A stretch of 64,000 nucleotides of DNA, from contig JAKISG010000010.1 of NCBI GenBank assembly GCA_021648755.1, forward strand, positions 7,017-71,016. Direction: 5' to 3'. The stretch comes from Flavobacteriaceae bacterium. Its GTDB lineage: Bacteria; Bacteroidota; Bacteroidia; Flavobacteriales; Flavobacteriaceae. Positions 36,143-45,317 of this stretch are shown here, piece after piece; positions within the stretch are counted from its first letter, which is position 1; every line of letters starts with the position of its first letter. The notes below the pieces were generated by a model, which was not told where the DNA came from, did no database searches, and saw nothing but the letters and a program-made list of their open reading frames with translations. The translations under genes were made by a program, and so were the position numbers.

Positions 36143-37906
36143 TTATTCTACTTCATAAACTATAGGTAAAGTATATAGTATTGGTTCGCTTTTTCCATTT
36201 TTACGACCAGGCTTCATTTTTGGTAATAAACTCACTACTCTTAACGCTTCTTTCTCTAAAACTTTATGCTGACCTCTTATTTTAAGAACATTAACGTTAC
36301 CGTTTCTATCTATAATAAATGAAACATTTATTCTTTTTCGACCTTTATCTAAATCTAAATCTTGAGTTAGTCTAGTATTAAATTTATTACTAATAAATTT
36401 TGTTATTTTAGACATTAAACACTTCTTTTTAAACACTTCACTACCTTTCTTTTCACAACCTGGATAAATAGGAGATTTTTCAATAGTGGTTAAAGTCTCT
36501 ATTTTTGGTTTTTTGACAGGCTCTAACTTTTTAGGTTCTAATTTTTCTGGTTCATCAATAATTTTCGGTTCTTCTTTTTCTACTAAAGCATTTGTTAAAT
36601 CATTCTTACTATTTACGAAGTTGTCTAAATTATTGTTTGTAACTGTTTGTAGAGCCTTAACTGGCTTTTTATTTAATTTCTTTAGCGATGGTTTAACAGT
36701 TTTCTTTGATTTTGACTTTTCTTCTTTATCTTTATCTTTTGAATTATCACTTTCTAAAGTGATTTGATTTGCATTTGCAATTGAATCTATATAGCGTTGA
36801 CTTTGAAAATCTAATAATTGATTATTTGCATCTGCCAATTCAATAGAGTCTTTATACCTTCTGTTTTCATATTCGGACAATGTTTTATCCTTGTCATTTT
36901 TTTTTAATGAATTTTTATTCAGATAATTCCATGATAAAAAAATTATGGATAAAAAAATTAACCCTCCTAGCGCATACATTAAGTAATTAAGTTTTGAGTT
37001 TTGAGCTTTTTTCTCTTTTACTTCATGATCTCTCTTTTCTTTCTTTTTTTTCTTTTTTTTCTTTTTTACTATAGTTGGAATTACTTCGGAAACAATATTA
37101 TTAGTTGCTTTTTTTTTATCAACTTTTTCAATAACATCATTAATTTCAAAAAAAGTAGCATCATTGTCCTCTGTCTCTATATCTTTTAATTTGGTTTTAA
37201 CAATGTTAACGTTTTTAACGATATCTAATTTACGTTCAATAAGATTATCATCTTTATGGTCAAAATCATCTTCTAACTTAACTATTTCTTTTATTAAATC
37301 TTGTTTTTTATTATCAGTGATATTTTCGCTTATTAGAGAAATAACTTTACCCTTTTCTTCTTCTTCTTCTTCTTTTACATTTACATTTACATTTTTAACT
37401 TCTATGTTTTCCTTTTTGACATTTTCCTTTTTTTCTACTTTCTCTACATTTTCTTCTTCTTCTTCTTCTTCTTCTTCTTCATTTTTAACTTCTATGTTTT
37501 CCTTTTTGACATTTTCCTTTTTTTCTACCTTCTCTACATTTTCTTCTTCTTTTTCTTTCTCTTCTTCTTCATTTTTAACTTCTATATTTTCCTTTTTGAC
37601 ATTTTCCTTTTTTTCTACCTTCTCTACATTTTCTTCTTCTTTTTCTTTCTCTTCTTTTACATTTTTAACTTCTATGTTTTCCTTTTTGACATCCTCCCTT
37701 TTTTCTACCTTCTCTTCTTCTTTCTCTTCTTTTACATTTTTGACATTCTTTTTCGCTTCTGAATTTTCAGTTATTTGACTATCCGTAAATTTTTTTTTGT
37801 TCTTTATTTTTGCAGCCTCTAAGGCTGCTAATTTTTGTTCTAAATCAAATCTTATCTTTTCAATTTTTGATTTAGCGTCATCCATACTTTCATTGTTAGA
37901 ACTCAT
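36143..37906 (-). CDS. TonB C-terminal-domain protein with a long, repetitive Glu/Lys-rich cytoplasmic N-terminal region
   Basis: 587 aa. C-terminal ~90 aa are TonB-CTD-like (YPGCEKKGSE...VSFIIDRNGNV...ALRVVSLLPKMKPGRKNGK). A single mid-protein TM (LMYALGGLIFLSIIFLSW) is preceded by a poly-Lys run. The N-terminal ~300 aa are charged tandem repeats. Confidence 0.75.
   Translation of the reverse strand: MSSNNESMDDAKSKIEKIRFDLEQKLAALEAAKIKNKKKFTDSQITENSEAKKNVKNVKEEKEEEKVEKREDVKKENIEVKNVKEEKEKEEENVEKVEKKENVKKENIEVKNEEEEKEKEEENVEKVEKKENVKKENIEVKNEEEEEEEEEENVEKVEKKENVKKENIEVKNVNVNVKEEEEEEKGKVISLISENITDNKKQDLIKEIVKLEDDFDHKDDNLIERKLDIVKNVNIVKTKLKDIETEDNDATFFEINDVIEKVDKKKATNNIVSEVIPTIVKKKKKKKKKEKRDHEVKEKKAQNSKLNYLMYALGGLIFLSIIFLSWNYLNKNSLKKNDKDKTLSEYENRRYKDSIELADANNQLLDFQSQRYIDSIANANQITLESDNSKDKDKEEKSKSKKTVKPSLKKLNKKPVKALQTVTNNNLDNFVNSKNDLTNALVEKEEPKIIDEPEKLEPKKLEPVKKPKIETLTTIEKSPIYPGCEKKGSEVFKKKCLMSKITKFISNKFNTRLTQDLDLDKGRKRINVSFIIDRNGNVNVLKIRGQHKVLEKEALRVVSLLPKMKPGRKNGKSEPILYTLPIVYEVE
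37391..37750 (-). repeat. Four in-frame 90-bp tandem repeats within the TonB-like gene
   Basis: The unit ATTTTTAACTTCTATGTTTTCCTTTTTGACATTTTCC... recurs at 37391, 37481, 37571 and 37661. It encodes a ~30-aa unit ENVEKVEKKENVKKENIEVKNEEEEKEKEE. The first unit carries (TTC)10 at 37451-37480, which encodes Glu10. Confidence 0.92.
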
Positions 37907-38171
37907 ATGTTAAATCATTTAAAACTGTTTATTAATCTTTTTTATAAAATAATTTGAGGCAAATATAAAAAATTTCTTACTAATAAATAGTTTTTTATCT
38001 TAAAATAAAGTAGGTAAATTACATCACAATTATAATTCTACTAAAGTTCTTGATAAATTTAAAGTTAAATAAAAATTTGCAAATACCTCTAAACTTTGCA
38101 TAAAATAATCATTAACAATAATTATTTTCTTATTTTTGCAATTTCTAAATCAAAAACACACTATCTAAATT

Positions 38172-39251
38172 ATGTTAAAAAATATACTATTTGTACTAAT
38201 AATCGCATTAGTATCTTCTTGTAGTACTTCTAAGAATGTTAACACTAATACCCTTTCTGTTGAAAAAAGTACTGAAACTATTGTGAAAAACACAACAATA
38301 TCACCAGATATAAAACGATTAGATTTAAAAGAAATTACTCATTATGCAAGTACAATTACACAAAAAGATTTAAAAAAACATGTAACAATATTGGCCTCTG
38401 ATGAATTTGAAGGCAGAATGACTGGTGAAAAAGGACAAAAAATGGCTGCAAATTACATGAAAGAATTTTATAAAAAAATAGGTGTTGAGCCAGGTATTAC
38501 AAAAACAAAAAAATATTTTCAAACCATACCAAAAAAATTTTTAAAAGGCAGATCAAATGGCGATACAGAAAATGTATTAGGGTTTATTTATGGTAGTGAA
38601 AAGCCAGAAGAATTAATAATTATTTCAGCACATTATGACCATCTGGGTATTAAAGGAAACAAAGTATATAATGGTGCTGATGATAATTGCTCTGGAACCT
38701 CTGCAGTTTTAGAAATAGCTCAAGCTTTTAGAAAAGCAGTTGAAGAAGGCAAAGGACCAAAACGCTCGATCTTATTCATAAACTTTACTGCCGAAGAACT
38801 TGGTTTATTCGGCTCTTCATATTATACTACAAACCCAGTTTATCCGTTAAAAAACACAGTAGTCAATTTAAATATTGATATGGTAGGTCGTGTAGATGAT
38901 AGACATAAGGATAACCCTAATTTTATATACTTAATTGGCGCTGATAAAATTAGTACAGAATTACATCATATATCAGAAGCCGTAAATAAAAAATATACCC
39001 ATTTAGAATTAGATTATAAATATAATGATGAAAATGACCCAAATCGTTTTTATTATAGGTCAGACCACTATAATTTTGCTAAAAACGGAATTCCAATAAT
39101 ATTTTATTTCAATGGTGTACATGATGATTATCATAAAGAAAGTGATACTGTTGACAAAATAAACTTTGAAATTTTAGAAAAAAGAACAAAATTAGTATTT
39201 TTTACTGCTTGGGAAATCGCAAATCGCGAAGAACGCATTAAGATTGATTAA
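38172..39251 (+). CDS. M28-family zinc aminopeptidase lipoprotein
   Basis: Lipobox LVSSCS. M28 motifs SAHYDHLG, GADDNCSGTSAVLE, EELGLFGS. Confidence 0.85.
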   Translation: MLKNILFVLIIALVSSCSTSKNVNTNTLSVEKSTETIVKNTTISPDIKRLDLKEITHYASTITQKDLKKHVTILASDEFEGRMTGEKGQKMAANYMKEFYKKIGVEPGITKTKKYFQTIPKKFLKGRSNGDTENVLGFIYGSEKPEELIIISAHYDHLGIKGNKVYNGADDNCSGTSAVLEIAQAFRKAVEEGKGPKRSILFINFTAEELGLFGSSYYTTNPVYPLKNTVVNLNIDMVGRVDDRHKDNPNFIYLIGADKISTELHHISEAVNKKYTHLELDYKYNDENDPNRFYYRSDHYNFAKNGIPIIFYFNGVHDDYHKESDTVDKINFEILEKRTKLVFFTAWEIANREERIKID

Positions 39252-39305
39252 ATAACTCGATACGTATGCAACTATATAGCATGCCTATTATAAAAATAAT
39301 ATAAC

Positions 39306-40382
39306 ATATACACCGTAGTAGACATAGAAACAACAGGAGGAGAATTCAATGAAGAAGGAATTACTGAAATTGCTATCTTTAAATTTGATGGTAATAATGT
39401 CATTGATACATTTATTAGTTTAATTAATCCAGAAAAAGAAATCCAACCTTTTGTAGTTAACCTAACGGGTATTAATAATAAAATGTTAATCAACGCACCC
39501 AAATTTTATGAAGTTGCTAAACGGATTCTTGAAATTACTGAAAACACTATTTTAATAGCTCACAATGCTAGTTTTGATTATCGAGTAATACAGACAGAAT
39601 TTAGTCGCTTAGGTTATAATTTTAAAAGAGAGACACTTTGTACTGTACAGTTGAGTAAAAAAATATTCCCTAACTTACCCAAATATAAATTAGGCGCCCT
39701 TTGTCACTCTTTAGGAATACCAATTTATAATAGACATAGAGCAGAAGGAGATGCATTTGCAACAGTAAAACTTTTTGAACAGTTATTACATAAAGATGTT
39801 GCTAAAGAAATTATTATTAAAGCCATAAAACCAATTAGCACAAAACTATCTGATAGGTTATTACAAATTTTAACAGATTTACCATCTAAAACAGGCTTAT
39901 TTTATTTTTACAATAACGAAGGTAAAATTTTATATATTAATAAAAGTAAAAACATAAAAAAAACAATAAATAACCTGTTTTTAAGAGAAGTAAAAAAGAT
40001 TAAAAATTTAGTTTCTAAAACAGAAAACATAAGTTTTGATTTATTAGGTAATGATTTAATGTGTGATTTAAAATTACATAAAGAATTAAAATTACACCAA
40101 CCAAGATACAACCAAAATCGAAAACAAAAACTGAATCTTAACAATTTTAGTAATGCGAACATGCTTATTATTGATAATGGAAGGCATAATGCCGAACAAT
40201 CTGTAATATTGATAGAAAACAATACATATATTGGCAATACTTTCGTAGATTTAAACTACCAAATAAATAATATTAAAATTTTACGTAGCTTGGTAAACTT
40301 AGAAATTAACGATAATCATAATAATTTTTTAATTAAAAATTACTTACAAAAAAATAAAGTAAAAAGAATAATCCGTTTTTAA
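39306..40382 (+). CDS. DnaQ-like 3'-5' exonuclease fused to a GIY-YIG-like domain (start codon unresolved)
   Basis: The frame is open from 39300 and encodes YTVVDIETTGG (ExoI), HNASFDY (ExoII) and HRAEGDA (ExoIII), then GLFYFYNNEGKILYINKSKNIKK (GIY-YIG-like). The first in-frame ATG/GTG/TTG is 39483, downstream of ExoI. 39306 is an ATA codon. Confidence 0.65.
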   Translation: MYTVVDIETTGGEFNEEGITEIAIFKFDGNNVIDTFISLINPEKEIQPFVVNLTGINNKMLINAPKFYEVAKRILEITENTILIAHNASFDYRVIQTEFSRLGYNFKRETLCTVQLSKKIFPNLPKYKLGALCHSLGIPIYNRHRAEGDAFATVKLFEQLLHKDVAKEIIIKAIKPISTKLSDRLLQILTDLPSKTGLFYFYNNEGKILYINKSKNIKKTINNLFLREVKKIKNLVSKTENISFDLLGNDLMCDLKLHKELKLHQPRYNQNRKQKLNLNNFSNANMLIIDNGRHNAEQSVILIENNTYIGNTFVDLNYQINNIKILRSLVNLEINDNHNNFLIKNYLQKNKVKRIIRF

Positions 40383-40383
40383 A

Positions 40384-41211
40384 TTGAATAAAAAAACAAC
40401 CAATAAAAATTGGAAACCTCGTTTACACGAAATCATTTACGAGGCTGATACTAAAGAAGGTAAACTTTTTGATATTATTTTATTGTTTTTAATTTTAACA
40501 AGTATAATCTTAGTTATGCTTGAAAGTGTTCAAAGCTTTAATAATAAATATGCCTCTTTTTTTAATATTGCAGAATGGATAATTACGATATTATTTACGA
40601 TAGAATATTTTGCAAGAATTATTTCAATTAAAAAACCAAAATCATATATTTTTAGTTTTTACGGAATCATTGATTTACTTTCGACTATCCCTATGTATTT
40701 AGCCATATTTTTTACAGGCTCACATGCTTTAATTGCTTTACGAGCTTTACGCTTAATGCGCGTTTTTAGAATATTAAAACTAACTCGTTTTATTGGCGCA
40801 TCAAACAATTTAATGGAAGCTTTAAGAGCAAGTAGAGCTAAAATCTATGTATTTTTAAGTTTTGTTGTTGTTCTATGCATTATTCTAGGTACAATAATGT
40901 ATTTAATTGAAGGCGAAGAAAATGGTTTTACAAGCATACCTAGATCTGCATATTGGGCAATAGTTACCTTAACCACTGTTGGTTATGGCGATATTGCGCC
41001 ACACACCCCTTTAGGTCAATTTGTGGCCAGTTTAATTATGATTTTGGGTTATGGTATTATCGCAATACCAACAGGAATTGTATCTGCCGAAATGACCAAA
41101 AAAGGGCACAAAAAAATACAGGTTAATACCCAATCTTGTTCAAATTGTACAAATGAAAACCATAATGATAATGCGAAATTTTGCTATAAATGCGGCGAAA
41201 AATTAGACTAA
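40384..41211 (+). CDS. Voltage-gated-type K+ channel with C-terminal zinc ribbon
   Basis: S4-like RALRLMRVFRILKLTRF, selectivity filter TLTTVGYGD, C-terminal CSNC...CYKCG. TTG start directly after the upstream stop. Confidence 0.85.
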   Translation: MNKKTTNKNWKPRLHEIIYEADTKEGKLFDIILLFLILTSIILVMLESVQSFNNKYASFFNIAEWIITILFTIEYFARIISIKKPKSYIFSFYGIIDLLSTIPMYLAIFFTGSHALIALRALRLMRVFRILKLTRFIGASNNLMEALRASRAKIYVFLSFVVVLCIILGTIMYLIEGEENGFTSIPRSAYWAIVTLTTVGYGDIAPHTPLGQFVASLIMILGYGIIAIPTGIVSAEMTKKGHKKIQVNTQSCSNCTNENHNDNAKFCYKCGEKLD

Positions 41212-41309
41212 ACTTGGTCTCGAAACCAAACATTATGTATTAAAATCAACAAAAACAATATAAAATCAACAAAAATTATAGTAGAGATTTTTATTAAATT
41301 GAAAACTTT

Positions 41310-42224
41310 ATGAATAAAAAGAATAAATACATAATTACTATAGTTGGTACAACTGCCATTGGCAAAACCGCTTTAGGTATTAAGGTAGCAAATTATTTTA
41401 ACTGTGAAATTATTTCAGCAGATTCTCGTCAGTTTTTTAAAGAAATGAATATTGGTACAGCAGTCCCAACTAAAGAAGAACAGCGCCAAGTAAAACACCA
41501 TTTTATTCAAAATTTATCTATTTTTGAGAACTATTCTGTAGGCGATTTTGAAAAAGATGCGCTACATAAAATTAAAGAACTTCATATAAATAATGACTTT
41601 ATAGTTTTACTTGGAGGAAGTGGTTTGTATATAGATGCAGTTTTAAAAGGCTTAGATTATTTTCCGAAAGTAGATACCCTAATAAGAGAAAATCTAAAAC
41701 AAGATTTAGCTAAAAATGGAATTGAAACACTTCAAAACAGATTAAAAAAATTAGATATAGTTTCTTATAAAACAATTGAAATTAATAACCCACAACGCTT
41801 AATACGTGCTTTAGAGATTTGTATAGGTTCAGGTAAACCGTATTCTTTATTTTTAAATAAAGAAAAAGGAATTGAAAGAAATTTTAAATCTATAAAAATT
41901 GGATTAACAGCAGAAAGACAATTAATTTATAAGCGTATAAATAAACGTGTTGATTTTATGGTAGAAAAAGGCTTAGTTGTAGAGGCAAAAAAATTACATC
42001 AATTTAAACACTTAAATGCACTAAAAACAGTAGGTTATAAAGAATTATTTACGCATTTTGAAGATAAAATAACATTAGATTTTGCCATCGAAGAAATTAA
42101 AAAAAATACAAGACGTTTTGCAAAAAGACAAATAACTTGGTTTAAAAGAGACCCTAAAATTAAATGGTTTGACTATACAGAAAATCACAAAAATATAATT
42201 AACTATTTAGCCCCACTTTTATAA
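41310..42224 (+). CDS. miaA: tRNA dimethylallyltransferase
   Basis: P-loop VGTTAIGKT, plus DSRQFFKEMNIGTA and a C-terminal RRFAKRQITWF. Confidence 0.93.
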   Translation: MNKKNKYIITIVGTTAIGKTALGIKVANYFNCEIISADSRQFFKEMNIGTAVPTKEEQRQVKHHFIQNLSIFENYSVGDFEKDALHKIKELHINNDFIVLLGGSGLYIDAVLKGLDYFPKVDTLIRENLKQDLAKNGIETLQNRLKKLDIVSYKTIEINNPQRLIRALEICIGSGKPYSLFLNKEKGIERNFKSIKIGLTAERQLIYKRINKRVDFMVEKGLVVEAKKLHQFKHLNALKTVGYKELFTHFEDKITLDFAIEEIKKNTRRFAKRQITWFKRDPKIKWFDYTENHKNIINYLAPLL

Positions 42225-42307
42225 TATAATTTTTAGTGCTAAAAAGAAGGAAAATAAATTTGAAAAAATTATATGGAAGTATTATTTGTCAAACAAATAA
42301 ATAATGT

Positions 42308-42315
42308 TACTTTTG
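42308..42315 (+). promoter_or_regulatory. Candidate -7 box (TACTTTTG) for the rplM-rpsI operon
   Basis: Exact TAnnTTTG match 47 nt upstream of the GTG start, within the 11-mer TTACTTTTGCC shared with the acpP promoter. Confidence 0.4.
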
Positions 42316-42361
42316 CCAACTCTTTAGAGTAAAGAGGAATATTTTAATAAAAATTATACGT

Positions 42362-42817
42362 GTGAACACATTAAGTTACAAAACAGTATCTGCTAACAAA
42401 GCAACCGTAAATAAAGAGTGGTTAATTGTTGATGCTGAAGGAGAAGTCTTAGGCAGATTAGCATCTAGAGTTGCAAAACTAATTAGAGGTAAATACAAAC
42501 CTAACTTTACACCTCACGTTGATTGCGGAGACAATGTTGTCGTAATCAATGCTGAGAAGATAAAATTAACGGGTAAAAAATGGACGGATAAAATCTATAT
42601 GCGTCATACAGGTTACCCAGGAGGACAAAGAACGTTAACTGCCATCCAAATGTTTGACAAAGACCCAATTAGATTAGTAGAGAAAGCAGTTAAAGGTATG
42701 TTGCCAAAGAATAAACTAGGTAGTGCAATTTATAAAAATTTGTATGTTTATGTGGGTAATGAACATAAACAAGAAGCACAAAACCCTAAAATAATTAATT
42801 TAAAAGATTTAAAGTAA
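42362..42817 (+). CDS. rplM: 50S ribosomal protein L13
   Basis: 151 aa. NTLSYKTVSANKATVNKEWLIVDAEG is typical of L13. GTG start. Confidence 0.96.
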   Translation: MNTLSYKTVSANKATVNKEWLIVDAEGEVLGRLASRVAKLIRGKYKPNFTPHVDCGDNVVVINAEKIKLTGKKWTDKIYMRHTGYPGGQRTLTAIQMFDKDPIRLVEKAVKGMLPKNKLGSAIYKNLYVYVGNEHKQEAQNPKIINLKDLK

Positions 42818-42818
42818 T

Positions 42819-43205
42819 ATGGATACTATTCATAAAATAGGTAGAAGAAAAACAGCAGTTGCTCGTGTATATATGAGTGAAGGTTCAGGTAAAATGACTG
42901 TAAATAATAAAGATGTGAATGATTATTTCACTACAGGTACTTTACAGTTTAAATTAAATCAACCATTTGTACTTACTGAAAATGTTGCTAAATTTGATAT
43001 TTCAGTAAATGTTTTTGGAGGAGGGATTACTGGTCAAGCAGAAGCAATTCGCTTAGCAATTTCTAGAGCACTTTGCGAATTAGATGAAGAAAATAGAAAA
43101 ATGTTAAAACCAGAAGGTTTATTAACTAGAGATCCAAGAATGGTAGAACGTAAAAAGTTCGGTCAGAAAAAAGCACGTAAGAAATTCCAATTCTCTAAAC
43201 GTTAA
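42819..43205 (+). CDS. rpsI: 30S ribosomal protein S9
   Basis: 128 aa with GRRKTAVARV and a C-terminal LTRDPRMVERKKFGQKKARKKFQFSKR. Confidence 0.96.
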   Translation: MDTIHKIGRRKTAVARVYMSEGSGKMTVNNKDVNDYFTTGTLQFKLNQPFVLTENVAKFDISVNVFGGGITGQAEAIRLAISRALCELDEENRKMLKPEGLLTRDPRMVERKKFGQKKARKKFQFSKR

Positions 43206-43352
43206 ATACTTTAGTCTGAACCTTGAGTTTGGTACAATCTAAAATAGAAAAATCAGAAATTAAAAAAGTTTAGCATCCAAATAAATGAGACTCTAAAAAC
43301 AAAGACTACTTATTTATTGCTAAAAATATAAACGGAACGTAAACTAAATAAA

Positions 43353-44081
43353 ATGAAAAAAATAGAAGTAAAAAATTTGCTAGACGCAGGTGTTCACTTT
43401 GGACATTTAACAAGAAAATGGAATCCTAATATGGCTTCTTACATCTACACAGAACGTAAAGGTGTTCATATTATCGATTTATACAAAACTGTCGCAAAAA
43501 TTGAAGAATCGCAAAAAGCACTTCAAAAAATAGCAGCATCAGGTAGAAAAATTTTATATGTTTCTACTAAAAAACAAGCCAAAGAAATTATCGCAAAAAA
43601 TGCAGGATCAGTTAATATGCCATATATCGCTGAAAGATGGCCAGGTGGGATGCTAACTAACTTTGTTACTATTCGTAAAGCAGTTAAGAAAATGAGTGTT
43701 ATTGATAGAATGAAAGTAGATGGCTCTTTTGACGCTTTATCAAAAAGAGAAAAATTACAAATTAACCGTACAAGACTAAAATTAGAAAAAAACTTAGGCT
43801 CTATTACTGATATGACTCGTTTACCAGGAGCATTAATTGTAGTAGATATTAAAAGAGAACATATTGCAATTGCAGAAGCACGTAAATTAAACATTCCTAT
43901 TTTTGCAATGGTAGATACTAATTCTGACCCTAGATTAATTGATTTTGTACTACCGTCTAATGATGATGCATCAAAATCTATCGAAGAAGTTTTAAGTTAT
44001 CTAACCGAAGCTATTTCTGAAGGTCTCGCTGAAAGAAAAGCAGGTAAAGAGAAAGAAGTAAAAGAAGAATCAAAAAGTTAA
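43353..44081 (+). CDS. rpsB: 30S ribosomal protein S2
   Basis: 242 aa with LLDAGVHFGH and VDTNSDP motifs. Confidence 0.96.
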   Translation: MKKIEVKNLLDAGVHFGHLTRKWNPNMASYIYTERKGVHIIDLYKTVAKIEESQKALQKIAASGRKILYVSTKKQAKEIIAKNAGSVNMPYIAERWPGGMLTNFVTIRKAVKKMSVIDRMKVDGSFDALSKREKLQINRTRLKLEKNLGSITDMTRLPGALIVVDIKREHIAIAEARKLNIPIFAMVDTNSDPRLIDFVLPSNDDASKSIEEVLSYLTEAISEGLAERKAGKEKEVKEESKS

Positions 44082-44156
44082 ATTTATAGAAATGATATTT
44101 CCTCTAAATTCGTTAACTGACGAAAAACAGAAATTTCACTTATAATTATAAAAATA

Positions 44157-44190
44157 AATGCCGATCCGATACCTACTGGACGGCATTTTT
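44157..44190 (+). terminator. Rho-independent terminator/attenuator between rpsB and tsf
   Basis: AATGCCG (44157-44163) pairs with CGGCATT (44181-44187), followed by a T-run. Confidence 0.6.
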
Positions 44191-44249
44191 AAAATGGAAT
44201 TAATTAATAACAGATGCTACAATAATAACAGCATAAAAAAATCAAAAAA

Positions 44250-45215
44250 ATGTCAAAAATAAGCGCAGCAGACGTAAAAAAATTAAGAGAGGCAACAGGT
44301 GCTGGTATGATGGACTGTAAAAATGCATTAATAGAAGCAAATGGTAATTTTGAAGAAGCAATATCTGTACTTCGTAAAAAAGGACAAAAAGTTGCTGCAA
44401 AAAGAGCAGATAGAGAATCTAGCGAAGGTATTGCAATTGCAAAAGTAAATGCAACTAATACAGTCGGTGTTGCTATTGTTTTAGCATGTGAAACTGATTT
44501 TGTTGGTAAAAATGATTCCTTTAAAGAATTAGCATCACAATTTGCAGATATCGCTATGAACCATACTGACAGAGACTCATTTTTAGCTGCTGATTTTGAT
44601 GGTATGACTGTTGCCGAAAAATTAATTGAACAAACAGGAGTTATTGGTGAAAAAATTGAAATTCCTGCTTTTGAAAGAATAGAAGCAAACTATGTAGGCT
44701 CATATATTCACGGTAATAAAATTGCTGCTATTGTTGGTTTAAACAATACTGTTGATAAAGCAGACGTATTAACTAAAGATTTAGCAATGCAAGCAGCTTC
44801 TATGGGAGCAACTACATTATCTTATAAAGATTTTACAGCTACATTTATTGCTAATGAAACCGAAGCAAGAATTGCAGTTATAGAAAAAGAAAATGAAGAA
44901 TTAGAACGTTTAGGTAAGCATCTTAAAAATGTGCCCCAATATATTTCTAGAGCACAATTATCTGATGCCGTTTTAGCACAAGCAGAAGAAGATGCAAAAA
45001 AACAATTAGCTGCAGAAGGTAAACCAGAAAAAATTTGGAATAATATCTTACCAGGTAAAATACAACGCTTTATTTCTGATAATACAACTTTAGATCAAGA
45101 ACAATGTCTATTAGATCAAAATTTTATTAAAGATGAAAAGAAAAGTGTTACAGATTATATAAAAACTTATGGTGATGTTGCTGTTTCTAGTTTTAAACGT
45201 GTCACTTTAGGATAG
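44250..45215 (+). CDS. tsf: Translation elongation factor Ts
   Basis: 321 aa. N-terminal UBA-like VKKLREATGAGMMDCKNAL. Confidence 0.95.
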   Translation: MSKISAADVKKLREATGAGMMDCKNALIEANGNFEEAISVLRKKGQKVAAKRADRESSEGIAIAKVNATNTVGVAIVLACETDFVGKNDSFKELASQFADIAMNHTDRDSFLAADFDGMTVAEKLIEQTGVIGEKIEIPAFERIEANYVGSYIHGNKIAAIVGLNNTVDKADVLTKDLAMQAASMGATTLSYKDFTATFIANETEARIAVIEKENEELERLGKHLKNVPQYISRAQLSDAVLAQAEEDAKKQLAAEGKPEKIWNNILPGKIQRFISDNTTLDQEQCLLDQNFIKDEKKSVTDYIKTYGDVAVSSFKRVTLG

Positions 45216-45317
45216 TTATATTAGAAAATTAAAATAATACATAAGCGAAAAATTCATTTTTAAATGCATATAAAATAATATATTTTTTTATATTTGCACG
45301 CTCAAAAGAGGATACTT

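Noticed and set aside
37391-37750. The regular 90-bp repeats, considered as a CRISPR array.
   Set aside because: The repeats are contiguous with no unique spacers, lie in frame within a long ORF, and have no cas genes nearby. This is a coding tandem repeat.
37164-37778. 204-aa plus-strand ORF (Ser/Phe/Thr repeats), plus 36486-36767 and 37001-37189, opposite the TonB-like gene.
   Set aside because: It is the antisense image of the Glu/Lys repeat region. Only the minus-strand frame continues into a TM helix and a TonB C-terminal domain.
39272-39502. 76-aa minus-strand ORF overlapping the 5' end of the exonuclease gene.
   Set aside because: The plus strand encodes the conserved ExoI motif region (VVDIETTGG...). 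The minus-strand product is low-complexity and hydrophobic.
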